This document shows positions 46,859-64,000 of a stretch of 64,000 nt of DNA, in pieces. Within the stretch, counting starts at the first letter, position 1, and each line of letters begins with the position of its first letter. A program made the position numbers and the translations under genes. The notes beneath the pieces are model-generated. The model saw only the letters and a list, made by a program, of their open reading frames with translations. It searched no databases and was not told where the DNA came from. The DNA comes from the human T2T-CHM13v2.0 reference genome, Homo sapiens. Location of the stretch: the NCBI RefSeq assembly GCF_009914755.1, contig NC_060925.1; one strand, 5' to 3'.

Positions 46859-46980
46859 GTGAGGCTCTGAACCTTCCTGTGCCACTCAAGGCCTGCCTTT
46901 CTCAGTGTGATCTTGCCCCAGGTACTGAGCTTCCTGGCCCAGAAATGCCCGTCCCCTTCACATTCCCCTGCTCCCGGCAG

Positions 46981-47088
46981 AACCGGCTGCTCTCTATGAC
47001 ATCAAGCTGCAGGCGTTCAATGGCAATGGGGATGGAAATAGCAGTGCCCGCTGTGTCTCATTGCGTGATGTGCCCCTGGCCACTCCTG
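46981..47088 (+). pseudogene. Pseudo-exon 11: FN3-2 C-part
   Basis: cggcag|AA; EPAALYDIKLQAFNGNGDGNSSARCVSLR; G|gtaagt. Confidence 0.9.
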
Positions 47089-47216
47089 GTAAGTGGGGTC
47101 TGGTAGGAGGGTAGTAGGGCTGGGGTCAGAGCAGGCCCCTCTGATAGGACCCATGGCTGCCAGTCTTCAGGAAGAGGGCTGGGCTTCACCTCCAACCCTG
47201 GTCCTCTCTCTGACAG

Positions 47217-47364
47217 ATGGCACAGTGTCCACAGAGTCCAAGACTGGGTGCTCTTGCAGCCAGGGTGAGAGCAGCCCACTGCCTGGGGTTGTGGTGGGCA
47301 TCCACGTGGGCCTGGCTGCCCTCATCATTTGCCTCCTCTGCCTCTTCCTGGGCTGGAGACATAG
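47217..47364 (+). pseudogene. Pseudo-exon 12: juxtamembrane CxC plus transmembrane helix; donor mutated (AG|ctaagg)
   Basis: tgacag|AT; GCSCSQ...GVVVGIHVGLAALIICLLCLFLGWRH. Confidence 0.88.
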
Positions 47365-47768
47365 CTAAGGGCCAGGTAAGGGCTAATGTGGGAAATCTGC
47401 CAGGGAGACAGTCTGCATCACTGTGGCACAGGGCCAAAGAGAGCAAAAAAGCCCCAATCTACAACCAATCTATTTTACCAATGAGGAGACTCAGGCAGAG
47501 AGAGGAAGCCAATTCTTTTCAGAGCTGTGTGGTACCAGGGGCAGGAGAAGGCCTGCCATGAGCCGGGAAGAGAGAACTGGGGCTCCCAAAGCAAAGAACA
47601 AGGGCAGCAGAAATGAGCTAGAGCCAGTTCCCTGCCATCCAGCAGCATGAAGAGGGGTCCACCCTCTCCATCTCTGGGGAGCATGGAGCAGGAGGAGGGG
47701 TTGGGAGCCATGCGAGGCAGAGGGAGGCACCAGACAGACCACACTGCTGACCCTTCCTACCCGGGCAG

Positions 47769-47898
47769 CCTCCTCTGCAAACAGGAGTCCCAGGAATGCT
47801 GGGCAGTGCCTCGGACTGCCTCAGACAGAACTGGGGGCCATCAAGGCCAGACTCAGAGTGGAGGGAAGCTGGGGGAGAAGACTGAACTCACCACCCAG
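47769..47898 (+). pseudogene. Pseudo-exon 13: cytoplasmic tail (LLCKQESQECWAVPR...ELTTQ)
   Basis: gggcag|C phase 2; LLCK matches the recalled IGDCC3 post-TM motif; CAG|gtgagg. Confidence 0.75.
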
Positions 47899-47986
47899 GT
47901 GAGGCGGATTCAGTGATGGGGAATGAGTGGGGGAAACTGGAGTGTTTGAGGCCTTGGTCCAGAGGCCTGACCTCCTTCACCCTCAG

Positions 47987-48016
47987 GTGACTGTGGAACA
48001 GCTGGCCTTGGCCTAG
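47987..48016 (+). pseudogene. Pseudo-exon 14: terminal coding segment VTVEQLALA*
   Basis: ctgac branch-like site, pyrimidine tract, cctcag|GTG phase 0; TAG may be native or a CAG>TAG lesion. Confidence 0.5.
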
Positions 48017-49247
48017 GGCCCTCCAAGTTGGCTCCCTCCGAGATGCCACTAACTCCAGATACACCAAAGAATCTACCTCACCTGTCCCTGTCACCCCAGA
48101 GTCAGGAAAGAACCAAAAGTCCCTCAGCTCCTCTCCGGGGAGGGGCAGGACTGGCCATAGTGGGAGAGAAGAGGGTGTGGTTTCTCTGTTCCTCCCAGAC
48201 CTCAAGAAATGGGAGAATCTGCATCCCTTCCCCCAACACACCAAATAACCTCAAACTAAACCAAGCCCAGCTGGGAGTTACCCCCAACCCAGTTACTCCT
48301 GCCTCATAACCCCATCCAGTATATTCACCTCTTCTTGATCCAAATATGAACCTGCCCAAAGACACCTAGCTTTAAGGGTTCCCCACAAAATGGCGGCAGG
48401 GGAAGAGGCTCTGTCATCACCTCCATCTCACAACCTGAAGCCCTCCAGTCTAAAATCTGTCTCTGTCTCCTCGTGCCCAAGCTGAGCTCTGCCCAGGGAC
48501 AGGCGACCTGCATTCCTTGTGGTCCGAGTGAGCAGGTGGGCAAAGGGGGTGCAGAGTTTCTTGCCCCCCTTCTCCCTACAACATGACTCTTAAATATCTG
48601 AGCTCATATGAGCTTCTCTGAGCAACCAAATACCCATTTCCCCCTTCCCAGATCCAAAGCACTGGCTCCTCCGCAGGGGGTCCTCCTTACCCATTTGATT
48701 TTTATTTTTGAAAGAGATTAGTTTGAGTCAGGGTTTTGGCAGTCTTGAATCGCCTGTAGAATGAGCACAGAGGCTGGGGAGCACTCCCCATCTCCCCTCC
48801 CTCAACTCTTGGGGTCTGAAGAGCACCTCTTTCCCACTTCTCCCTCTACCAGCCTATTGGCATCCAGAGCACCACAGTCCCTCCTTATCCAGCTCTGCCA
48901 TGCTCTAAAGCCAAAGCCCCAGCCACTTCCTCAATCACTCTCTCTCCAAGGCTGCCCAGTATTGTGCCAAAAAGGGAAGGGTCTTGGGGGAAGGAAAGCC
49001 CATGGCTTAGAGGACCCCAAAACTGTCTCCTGTGCTCTTATAGAGTAATGCTAGTACCAATGACAAGACTCCAGAAAGGCTGGGCTCTGGCCCTCCACAA
49101 TAGTGCCCTCTGCACAAGGCACAGCAGCAGCTGTAACTAAAAAACGTGGCTGAGGAGCAAGAGGGCTAAGAATAGCCCCAAACATCAAGTCCTTGAGGAA
49201 ATGACATCCTCTTCTCTGGTTGGGCCTGGTCTAACTGCTTTGTTGGA

Positions 49248-49275
49248 AATAAATAACCAAAACGGAAAAAATAAA
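49248..49275 (+). terminator. Candidate poly(A) signals of the IGDCC3-like pseudogene
   Basis: Two AATAAA (49248, 49270), the first seen after pseudo-exon 14. Confidence 0.4.
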
Positions 49276-50008
49276 TTAGGATCTGGTTAATGCTTTGGGC
49301 TGAAAGGAAAACTTGGGGGAGGGGAGTGATGAGATGGTGAGAAAGTGTAGTTCCAGATCTTTCAGGGGATGCTGCATTCAGATTGTTAAAGAACTATATT
49401 CGGTAGTTTACTAGAAAACAGCAATGTGAACCCCTGCTGGTAAATAAGGCAACTGTCTAGAGGAACAAGCATGTTACAAAAGATTATTTATTTTCTTTTA
49501 TAGAGATGGGGTCTCACTACATTGCCCAGGCTGATCTCCTGGCTCAAGTGATCCTCCCACCTTAGCCTCCTGAGTAGCTATAGGCATGCAGCACTGTGCC
49601 TGGCTAAAGGATTCTGTCACTAGAGACCAGAGCAGTGTGGTGGGAAGGGCCAAGCACTGCTAGGGGACACCTTTCCCTAGGAGAGAATGGAGACCCAGCC
49701 CCCTCCCCATGATACCATTAGACCTAAAGTCATCAGATAACTAAAGTGGGGTTGGTGGCTTCCAGAATACTGGCTCCAGCTAGAGCTGGAGGGGAACAAG
49801 AACACAGAAGTAGGTCAGGGCTTTAAACAATCATCACAATCAAAGAGAAGGATACAAACCAAAGGTACTCAGTCCGTGGCTGGACTGACTAGGGAAGACA
49901 GCCATAGCTCATCTCCCAATTACCCTGAAAATTCTCCCGCCAAACTGCCACCCCCAGCCCCATAACTAAAGCACAAGCCACAGGAAAGTTTTAGAAACCA
50001 TTCCTTTC

Positions 50009-50014
50009 TTTATT
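50009..50014 (-). terminator. GATAD2B: GATAD2B distal polyadenylation signal
   Basis: TTTATT on + (AATAAA on -) at the end of a long Alu-free 3'UTR. Confidence 0.8.
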
Positions 50015-53000
50015 AAACATAGCTTGCAAGTGATAAATATTACAAAGTTTTTTTTTCTTTTAATCCTTTCTCCAAAAATTAGCTTATTATTTGAATCTGT
50101 CACTGCTGAAATGCTCAGCAGCATCTGAAACAGATGGGAGTGTATTTGCCTTTTTGAAAACCAGTTTCTATTGGTCTTAGTTTTTTCATTTTATTTCCCA
50201 AACACAATGCAGAAAATCAGAATGAGTTAAAAAAGAAATAAAGGAAACTTAAAGAGAGTTGTGCAAAAGGGTCTTGTTCCCCTCCCACCCACCCTATTCA
50301 GGGAAGGCCATTCCCCATCCCACCTCCCTGCTCCCCACCCCCCAACCCCAATCTATCCTTTCACCTTCACCAGGGCTTCACCCATCACCCTGTACCCTCT
50401 CCAGGCTTTATCAGCCCAGAACCTAAAGAAGAGAGTAGGAGTACTCAGCCCAGGCTTTGGGGAAATTGGGCCCCTGAAGGAGACAGACTGTGAAACAGCT
50501 GCCTTTAGCGGGGTTCAGATGAAATCTGAGGAAAGGAGACAAAATGTGGGCTGTGTCTGCGCTCTCCTATTTTATCACCAAGATGGGGGAAAAGTTACAC
50601 ATCCTGTAGCTCACAAAGGGAGTAAATAACTAAAGTACCAACCTGGGGCATTCAATTGTCAACCACCCTTAAGGGCTCTGTGGTTGGCTGTGAGATGGGG
50701 CTTGAGGCCTAGTCCCCGCCCTCAGATGACTAGAGGCATAAAGGCAAAGATGTCACTGGTCTGATGCCCTGGACATGACTCTGCTGCCTCTCCCAAATCA
50801 AGGGTAACCATAGAGGACTGGCAGTTCTCCAAGAGCATTGTCATACACATAACCACTTCAACGCGAGTCACTTTCAGTTCCTCCCTGGTTTCTGGGCCCA
50901 ACACTTTCCTCACCTCAAGTTGTTTTTTGGTTTTGGCAGGTGAGAAGTATAGAATTTTAAACTTGGTGGCCAGATGATCCCCCTCTTCACTTCACAGATA
51001 AGAAAATTGATACTCAGAAAATTAACTCTACCAAAGATCATATAGCAAGTTAGTAGGAGACCCCAGGTCTCCAGATTGTAGCCCCCTCAACCCCTTTTGT
51101 GTTGGTGGTTCTTTTTACTCTACAAAGTCCTGGACCAGGAGGTCTTGGCTTTCACAGGAGCTCAGCCTCACCTCGGTTCACGCAGCCTAAGGCTGTGCAG
51201 ATGGATGTGGCTCTCACTAGGTGAAATTTCCTCAGGATGACTTATTAAAATCCTTTCTATCATCCCCTGACAATCCACCCTCAAAGGCCCATAAGACTAG
51301 GTTCTTTCTTTTTTGAGGAGGTGGGGTGGGGGAAATCCCTTGCATAAGAAAGCTTGACACTGAATTTTGTTATATAGGTATATTGTATATATGCTGATGC
51401 AATCAGAGGAAAAAAACAGTGCAAATACAATTACAATTCATAATAATACTTGGTTTCGATGCCCCCGGGAACTGCCCCATTCCTCGGCTACCTCCCAGCC
51501 CCCAGCACTTCCCCACAGTATCAACCTAATGCTGGGGGATAGGGAGGGTGGGCAGGTTAGGGTAGGGAGTGGGCTCTGCCAAGGCAGTGCTGGTGACCCG
51601 GAGGGACTACTCCAGGGTGGGGAGGCAAGGCACAAATTAGGGGTGGGTGGTGGGGGAGGTGGCATCTCTAAGGAGGGATGGGGTTGGAGCAGCTGCCAGT
51701 CTCAGTGTGCTGGGCCCGGCCCACTCCCCTACCCACCCTCCACAGCCCTGCCTCCCTACCCCCTCCCCTTCCCCAGAAACCCTTTTGCACGGATCATACA
51801 CAAACGGGCACATTACAAAATGACATAACACAGTTTCACAATATCCATGGCTAGGGCTTTTTTTTCTCTTTTTCAGGTTTTTTTTTTTTCTACACAATGT
51901 ACAATTCCTTTTAAATGGATCAAGAAATAGCTTATATACATGAACGAGTCCTTGTTATAACATCTCGGCAGCAAATATCATAAGCTAATGAAGGTCTTGA
52001 TGGAAAGGATGGGAGCCTAGGACGGGGGTGGGGGTAGGGGGTGTGGAGAGAAGGGTTATGCCTTCTGGAGGAGTGGGGAGAAAAGGGAATGATTAGGGAA
52101 AAGGAACAAAAGTAAAATATCAAGAAGCATCTTTACAAAGCAGTTCTATAGCTAATTCCTTTTAAAGGGGAAAGGAAAGGTAACCAAAGCAGGAAAACGT
52201 TTATCTCTGTGTCTTAAAAAAAAATTGTCTACCATACATATATCCAAAAATGTGGGAAAAATACTTATTCCAGGGAGAGAGGGAGTTCAGATGCTGTGGT
52301 CAAATTATAAAATAAAATCGACAAATAAGAACCTCTGTCCCCTAGTTTTACTCAAGCCTTACCGCTATTCCACCCATTTCAGGCTTCCAGGGAGTAAGAC
52401 ACCAACCTTAAAATACTGCTTTTAGTGCCTCTGGGGATGGAGGAAGCCAGGCAGAACTGGTGGGATCCTCACTCTACTAATAATGCTCCAAACAGAGGGT
52501 CTTTCCTCCTGTCCTTAGGGCATGAGGTTTAGTGTCTACACGGCCCAGAGCCTGGAGATGGATAGTAACAAGTAGACTTGGAGGGACACAAGGCAATCAG
52601 TGATGAAAAAAAAGAGACGGAGAATTGAGGAAGACAGAAGGATGAGGAAGGAGGAGGGAAGGGAGGAGGTGGAAGGTTAACACTTTACCATGATTAGGGA
52701 GACCTCACCTCCATCACTAATCCCTGGGAAGAGTATGAAAATGGGGAGAAGAAAGGGTAAGAAATCAAACCTCAGCGGTTGAACAAAGGGTCACCGAGCT
52801 ATACTAGTCAAGAAGCAGCTTCTATGTAACTGACCCTGAGGGGATAAAAACAGGGAAGATTCCACCATCTCCCCTGTGACCTCAGCACCTAAGCAGGCAC
52901 TCGACTATAGGCTTTCCTTCTCCATGATTCCCCAACTCTATACATCTTACTTCCAAACCCCATTCTAAGGTGGCCTGGCTCCCAGGGAAAGGACTCAGCT

Positions 53001-55439
53001 CAGGGCAGGGCAGGGACAGCCCCCAGCCAGACGGTATTGCACATTCTCTGTTCCTTACTTTTAATCTCAACTGACAAACTTGGGTATCTCGTACCTCTGA
53101 GCACCTCTGAGCTTGGGGAGAGGGAGACGTAACAGAAATGGCACTTCATCATGAGGGAGGGAGGAAGAGGCTAGACAGACATGCCACAAGGCAAGATGAC
53201 TTGTGGGGAAAACATTTTTAAAAAAAGCTTCCAATTTTGTGGAAGAGAGAAAAGCAAAACCAAACAATTTATCCAGTGCTTTCAAAGCACAGAGGGCAAA
53301 GAAAAGATGTAAGAATATATCTTTATATATATATATATAATTTTAAAATAATCCCAGACCCAGTTCCATTAACCCCCCTCCCTCTCCCACCACTTACAGT
53401 CAGGGGTACCACATTCCCCGGAAAAATACTCAAAAAACCCAATCACTACCTGTTACTAGCATCTAGCTTCCAGATCATTTCACCACTGGGGGAGCCCAGA
53501 CACTGGCTGCATCTCTGCTCCTTTAAGTGCTCAATGAATTTGGGGTAAGGGAGGAAAGAAAAAAGCCAGGAAGGCCCGTAGGGCCAGTATAGTCACCCAC
53601 AGTGGCACTGGGGTGTGGGGAGTAGAGGCCAGAGTAGGGGAACTGAGCCTGATTTTAGCTCTTTCTCCCACCCCACCTCCAAATTTTATGGGGAAGGTGT
53701 GCAGTTCATGTGTGTGTTAATTTTAAAAGTGCCTTCTTTAAAAAATTACTTAATTTTAAAAAATAAAAGTGGGGAAACTTCCTCAGGTGACTTTCAAGGG
53801 CAAAATATTAAACTTCTCCTCATTCTTCTCTGCTGAGAACATTCCCCCCAGTGCACTCTGGCAGCTTCTGGAGCCAGAGAGGCAGGTGGGTGTACACTAT
53901 GAGAAGAGCAGAAACCCGTACCTTTAAGGGGCTTCCCTTACTTCAAAAACAGCCTGGTCCACTCCGTCTTCCCACAGTGTGGGCAAATGGGATGCTAATC
54001 TCCCCAGTCCCCAGAACAGCAACATTGCACAATTCAATTCATTCTCTACATTAGTAGCGCTTAAAAAAAAAAAAAAAAAAAAGGCAAAATTAATATCATT
54101 CTGGGGGCGGGCGGGGGGCAGTGGGAAGCAACTATTTGTACAGCAGAGGTCCTAAGCTGGTTTTGCCATGAGCTGTTTGGCTTTGAGCAGTTGGTTCTGC
54201 AGCTGGTGCAGCAGAGTAAGGACAGGACTCCAACCTGATTGTGTACCCCCAGCCTCTCATCTCCTGGCACTCAGAGGGTGAAAGAATAGGCAAATATGCG
54301 AATCTCAACTGTTGGAAGAGAAATCCTTTCTTTCGTCTAAGTCTATTTCCTCCTGTTGTCACTTGACTCATTTATGTCCACCCAACTTGTGGGACACCCA
54401 GCAAACAGCCTTGGAACAGCCGTTCCTCTGTATTATAGATGGGGCTATGGTTAGAGGGGATAGATTAGAATTTTTAAAAGCAGGGTGGGGTGAGGGAGAA
54501 TTTTACAAAGAATACAAGATGAAATAATTTTGGGCTGGTTGGCCTGGAATAGACTTCCGTGTTCCCAATGGGGTCAGGAGATCGGTCTTATTTCCCCAAG
54601 ATACAGAAAGGCAGGACCTAGTTTCAATCCTCCCTGGCTCATAATTGAGCCCATCTTCATACCTCTTTCTTCCCATCTTCTATGGGTAAATTCCAGAGTG
54701 GTTGAGTTTTAAGCTCCTCCCCAGGCTCTTTCCCCTCATTCTTAGAGCCCAACTTCAGTACCAAACACTGCCACCCAAATTGTCCAGCCCCCAAACACCC
54801 ACAGGTAGGGTGCTATTCGTCCTTCTTTGATACCCCCCACCCTGCGCCCTCCTCCGGTTAAGTGCATTCAAAACTTCTGCCCCTAACACTCCTAGTCATG
54901 TCCTACTTGGCAGCTGGGACCCCTACTGCAATCTGCAATGCTCGTATCATTGAACTGAATGTCATTTGTGTTTACAAAAAAAAAAAAAAAAAAGGAAGAA
55001 AAGGAAAAAGAAAAAGATTGGTTGAGTGGGGGAAGGTTTAACCGTCCACTGAACAAAGGGAGGACACACAACATCATTAAAAATGGTAATAATTATAGCA
55101 TAAAACAACTTTAGAAACACACATCGGAGGGCTTAGATTCTCCCCAGGACCTCATTCTGACCTCTATCAGAGGTAAAGATCCACCTCACTGTTAAAGAAA
55201 ACTGAAGAGAGAAGACAGAGCGGCAGAAGAACAGATCGCAGCAGTGTGAAATAAAGGGGAGGTGGCAGGGCAGGGCGTGTGTTTTCTTGCTGATCTCTAT
55301 TTTTTGTCTTCTGTTTTTCTGTTTTGCTTTCCGTGTATGGTAGGCACCAGTACAGGCACTGCATGCGACAGAAGTTGGGGGAATGAAAGAGGAAAGGGAT
55401 AAAGGATTCAAGGATGGGGCAGTACAAGTGGAACAGGCG

Positions 55440-56462
<1,023 letters not shown>

Positions 56463-56982
56463 ACAGCAACTTTATTTCAATCCCCACTCATATTCCTAAG
56501 CTTTAGGAAAAGGGGACTTCCTGAAATTTCGGTCCTACCAAGAATAATGAACATGCTTCTGATGGTATGGGAGAGACAAGTGAAACAGTGGTGAGAGGAA
56601 GATGAATAAGACAGAGAGATAGAATCATTAAATCAGCTTTGATTTTGAGGCTGCAGATTGTGCAGAAGCATCCCTGGATCATTCAAACAGAACAGTTAAC
56701 CCTGCTGTCCCGGCCAAAAGAGATCAATAACCACATGTCTACTGAAGGGATATTAAAAGTTAAATTGATAATGGTAGGATCTGGGTCATTTTCACCACCA
56801 AAACCCTAGTGCATTGTGGGTGGCACTTAATATGAATTTAGCAAACATTTGCTGAGTAACAGAAGAGTGAGAGTGTATGCCCTAAAGAAAGAACAGAAAG
56901 TAAAGGAACAATTCCCTTAAAGGGGCTGCTACAGAACTGTATACTAACTAACAGCTGACCCATGAGAAACATTTTCAGATTA

Positions 56983-57413
<431 letters not shown>

Positions 57414-58424
57414 TCAGGTGATTGAGCAGGACAGCACCCAATACCCAATTTCCTTTTTTTTTTTTTTTTTAAACAGAGACACAATCTGACTTTGTTGCCC
57501 AGGCTGGTCTGGCACTCCTGGGCTCAAGCAATCCTCTCACCTTAGCCTCCCCAAAGTGCTGGGATTACAGGCATGAATCACTGCACCTGGCCCACCCAAT
57601 TTCCTAACCAGAAAACCTGGAGGTGTTCTTACCTCTAATGTTGTTGGCTAGTTGGTGGAATATGGAAAAGGCAAAAGAGTTTGGTGGGGGTGGTACACTG
57701 AGATTTCTGGGTATAAGCAGCTAACTTGCTTCAATGATCAAGGGATCCTCCTCTCTTTCTCCAGGAAAGCTGGCTCTAAGAAGTTGGCTGGAGGTGATGA
57801 ACCAACTGATATAATTAAGGCTGATGAATTACTGGGGTTTTATTTTATCACTTTTTCTTTTCTCTTTTTAAAAATTTTTATTTATTTATTTTTTACCACC
57901 AGTCCTAGAGCATAAATGGGGTTTTATTTTTGACTCCTGCCTACCCGATCTTCCAAAAAGTCCATGATGCTACTCAAACAAGGGACTCTGATGGGTGGAG
58001 TGGGAAATAGGAAGAAAAGGATCTGAGTTTCCCAACACATTTTTCCTTCTCTAAGATATTCTCATCCTATAACTGCTACATGAGATGTTCACATACTCTA
58101 GAACCACTACTCTTCACTGGGCTACTTCATAATTCACTCTTTCTTTCGTCATTTCTTATCAAACACGCACTGCAAATAACTGTTTCAAAGAGATTTATAG
58201 CACAAATATAAATTCCTCCCACCAAAATCTATTATTTGTTTTAGGAAAAAATGAAGATGAGAATAGAGTGCTATGGAAAAGCCAAGAGTCCCAAGCTTTC
58301 TGTCCCTTTCTGTTAACCTCAGCCATTATATTTTACCATGTTCTTAATCAGAATACTCGCTCAAATGGAAATAGGACACAATGATAAGGAGACAAAAAGG
58401 GAACCTGTGGACCTGTAGGGATCA

Positions 58425-58841
<417 letters not shown>

Positions 58842-58918
58842 CTATAATTTACAAAATACTTTTATTTCATCTGATTATAACAGTATCACTTTAGGGAATT
58901 CAGACAGTACCATCCTCA

Positions 58919-60580
<1,662 letters not shown>

Positions 60581-60649
60581 AGAGAAGTTCTATTTATCAA
60601 ATTATGCAAGCATCATGCTAGCCACCATTTAAAAGAACTAAACAAAATA

Positions 60650-60845
60650 CAGTCAGTCCTCAATGTTGTTGACAGGTTCTCAGAGACTATGATTTAAGTG
60701 AAACAACATACAACAAAAACAATCTTTTTTTTTTACTAATGTTATAATAAAATGATGTTATTTGAGGACCCCCTTCACCGTAGTTGTTTCACTTAAAGTC
60801 ACAGTTTCTAAGAAACTATTGATGATGTTAAGTGAGAACTTACTG
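60650..60845. mobile_element. MER6-like TcMar-Tigger MITE with ~60-bp imperfect terminal inverted repeats
   Basis: cagtcagtcctca...tttaagtgaaacaac versus gttgtttcacttaaa...tgagaacttactg. Confidence 0.7.
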
Positions 60846-60940
60846 TCCTACAAAAAACACACAAGATAGATAAAATCCAAATAAAAATATCAAGCCTCAA
60901 TGATAGCTGACCTGCTGAAGGGAAAAAAAAACAAGCCGAA

Positions 60941-61011
60941 AGATAGATGATAGATTAGATAGAATAGAATAGATAGATTAGATAGATGATAGATTAGATA
61001 GATAGATAGAT
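60941..61011. repeat. Imperfect (GATA)n microsatellite
   Basis: Direct reading. Confidence 0.9.
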
Positions 61012-61039
61012 ACATAGGCAGGCTGGCCCCGGCCGGCTG

Positions 61040-61479
<440 letters not shown>

Positions 61480-61507
61480 TCAATCAGGCTTGGCAACCAC
61501 TTGCTTA

Positions 61508-61948
<441 letters not shown>

Positions 61949-62052
61949 CTACTTAGCTTCTCCAAAAATAGGAGGTGGTCAACTTATTTATTGAAAAAGA
62001 ACTCTGACACATAGGAAAGGAGAATGATGATGACCATGAGCTAACATTGCTA

Positions 62053-62199
<147 letters not shown>

Positions 62200-62623
62200 T
62201 TAGCTGGAAATTCCTTGAACCCAGGAGGCAGAGGTTGCAGTGAGCCAAGATCATGCCACTGCACTCTAGCCTGGGCAACACAGTGAGATTCCAGCTCAAA
62301 AAACAAACAAACAAACAAACAAAAAAGAGACAGAAATAAGATTTTGCTTTCTGTCACACATCCTTGTGCTTCTTATTCCCTAGATCACTCTCTTCTAGGC
62401 AGATTTTTAGCTTACTGCTGCTCTGCTGTATAACCTCTCTCCTCCACTACTATTTTAATATAATTCCTCAAAGCTTCTACTTTTGGGACTGCTCTCAATT
62501 AAATCCCTACCAAAATAACCATTTTTGTCCTAGAGTTTATCTATGTATAAAAACTTAAAACCTATGGCCCTTTCGACAAGCAAAGCAAACAAAGGGATTT
62601 CTCTGTTTCCACATTAGGGCTCA

Positions 62624-62947
<324 letters not shown>

Positions 62948-63291
62948 TTAATGGTCTATGGGATAAATCTACCATCATTGTAAACCCTGATTAGTGGCTG
63001 GGAAGTCCTTGGCTTTTTTTGGTATAAACTATCTAATCCTATAGGGTTAGATAGAAAACTATCTACCCCTTCTCTAGAGAAGCTGGAAGCATTCTCTAGA
63101 CAAGAAAAACTACAGTGGAAACATGAAAGTTACTCATCCTTCTACTGAAGACTAAATCATGCCATAATGGGCCAACAGAACAATCAGTAGTAATAACACC
63201 TCTATCATGGCCAGGTTCTTCTATAATCTTCACAAAAGCCCAAAAACAGAGACAGGATTAGACACGGCCCTCCAACACTAAGATCCCACTA

Positions 63292-63498
<207 letters not shown>

Positions 63499-63502
63499 CT
63501 AG

Positions 63503-63876
<374 letters not shown>

Positions 63877-64000
63877 GGGAGTCAAGGTTTTCTTAAGGCC
63901 TAAGATTAAAAAAAAAATCACTACTACTACAGACTAAAAAACTACGGACCCAAAGAAATGAGCCACCCAACTGAACCTACCTGGGGGAACCTACTCTCAA

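Overview
Human (primate) genomic DNA: Alu-dense, GT-AG introns, recognisable as 1q21.3. + strand: the last 21 coding exons and 3'UTR of INTS3 (2832-~19335), then the complete 10-exon SLC27A3/FATP3 gene about 1 kb later (CDS 20752-25256, with three further in-frame upstream ATGs). 26.6-37.8 kb is repeat-rich and holds an orphan CpG island (~28.55-29.2 kb) and a Y3-RNA retrocopy inside an LTR. - strand: the last 7 exons and ~5.45 kb 3'UTR of GATAD2B (63435-~49990). The main result lies between them (39441-48016, + strand): a 14-exon unprocessed, disabled gene for a DCC-subfamily receptor closest to IGDCC3/PUNC (signal peptide, 4 Ig, 2 FN3, TM, tail, ~700 aa when repaired). It keeps a promoter-like region and 25 of 26 splice dinucleotides, but carries 5 frameshifts and one GT>CT donor mutation. 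This looks like an ancient IGDCC3 paralogue lost fairly recently. Gene identities and repeat family names come from recalled sequences, not from database searches.
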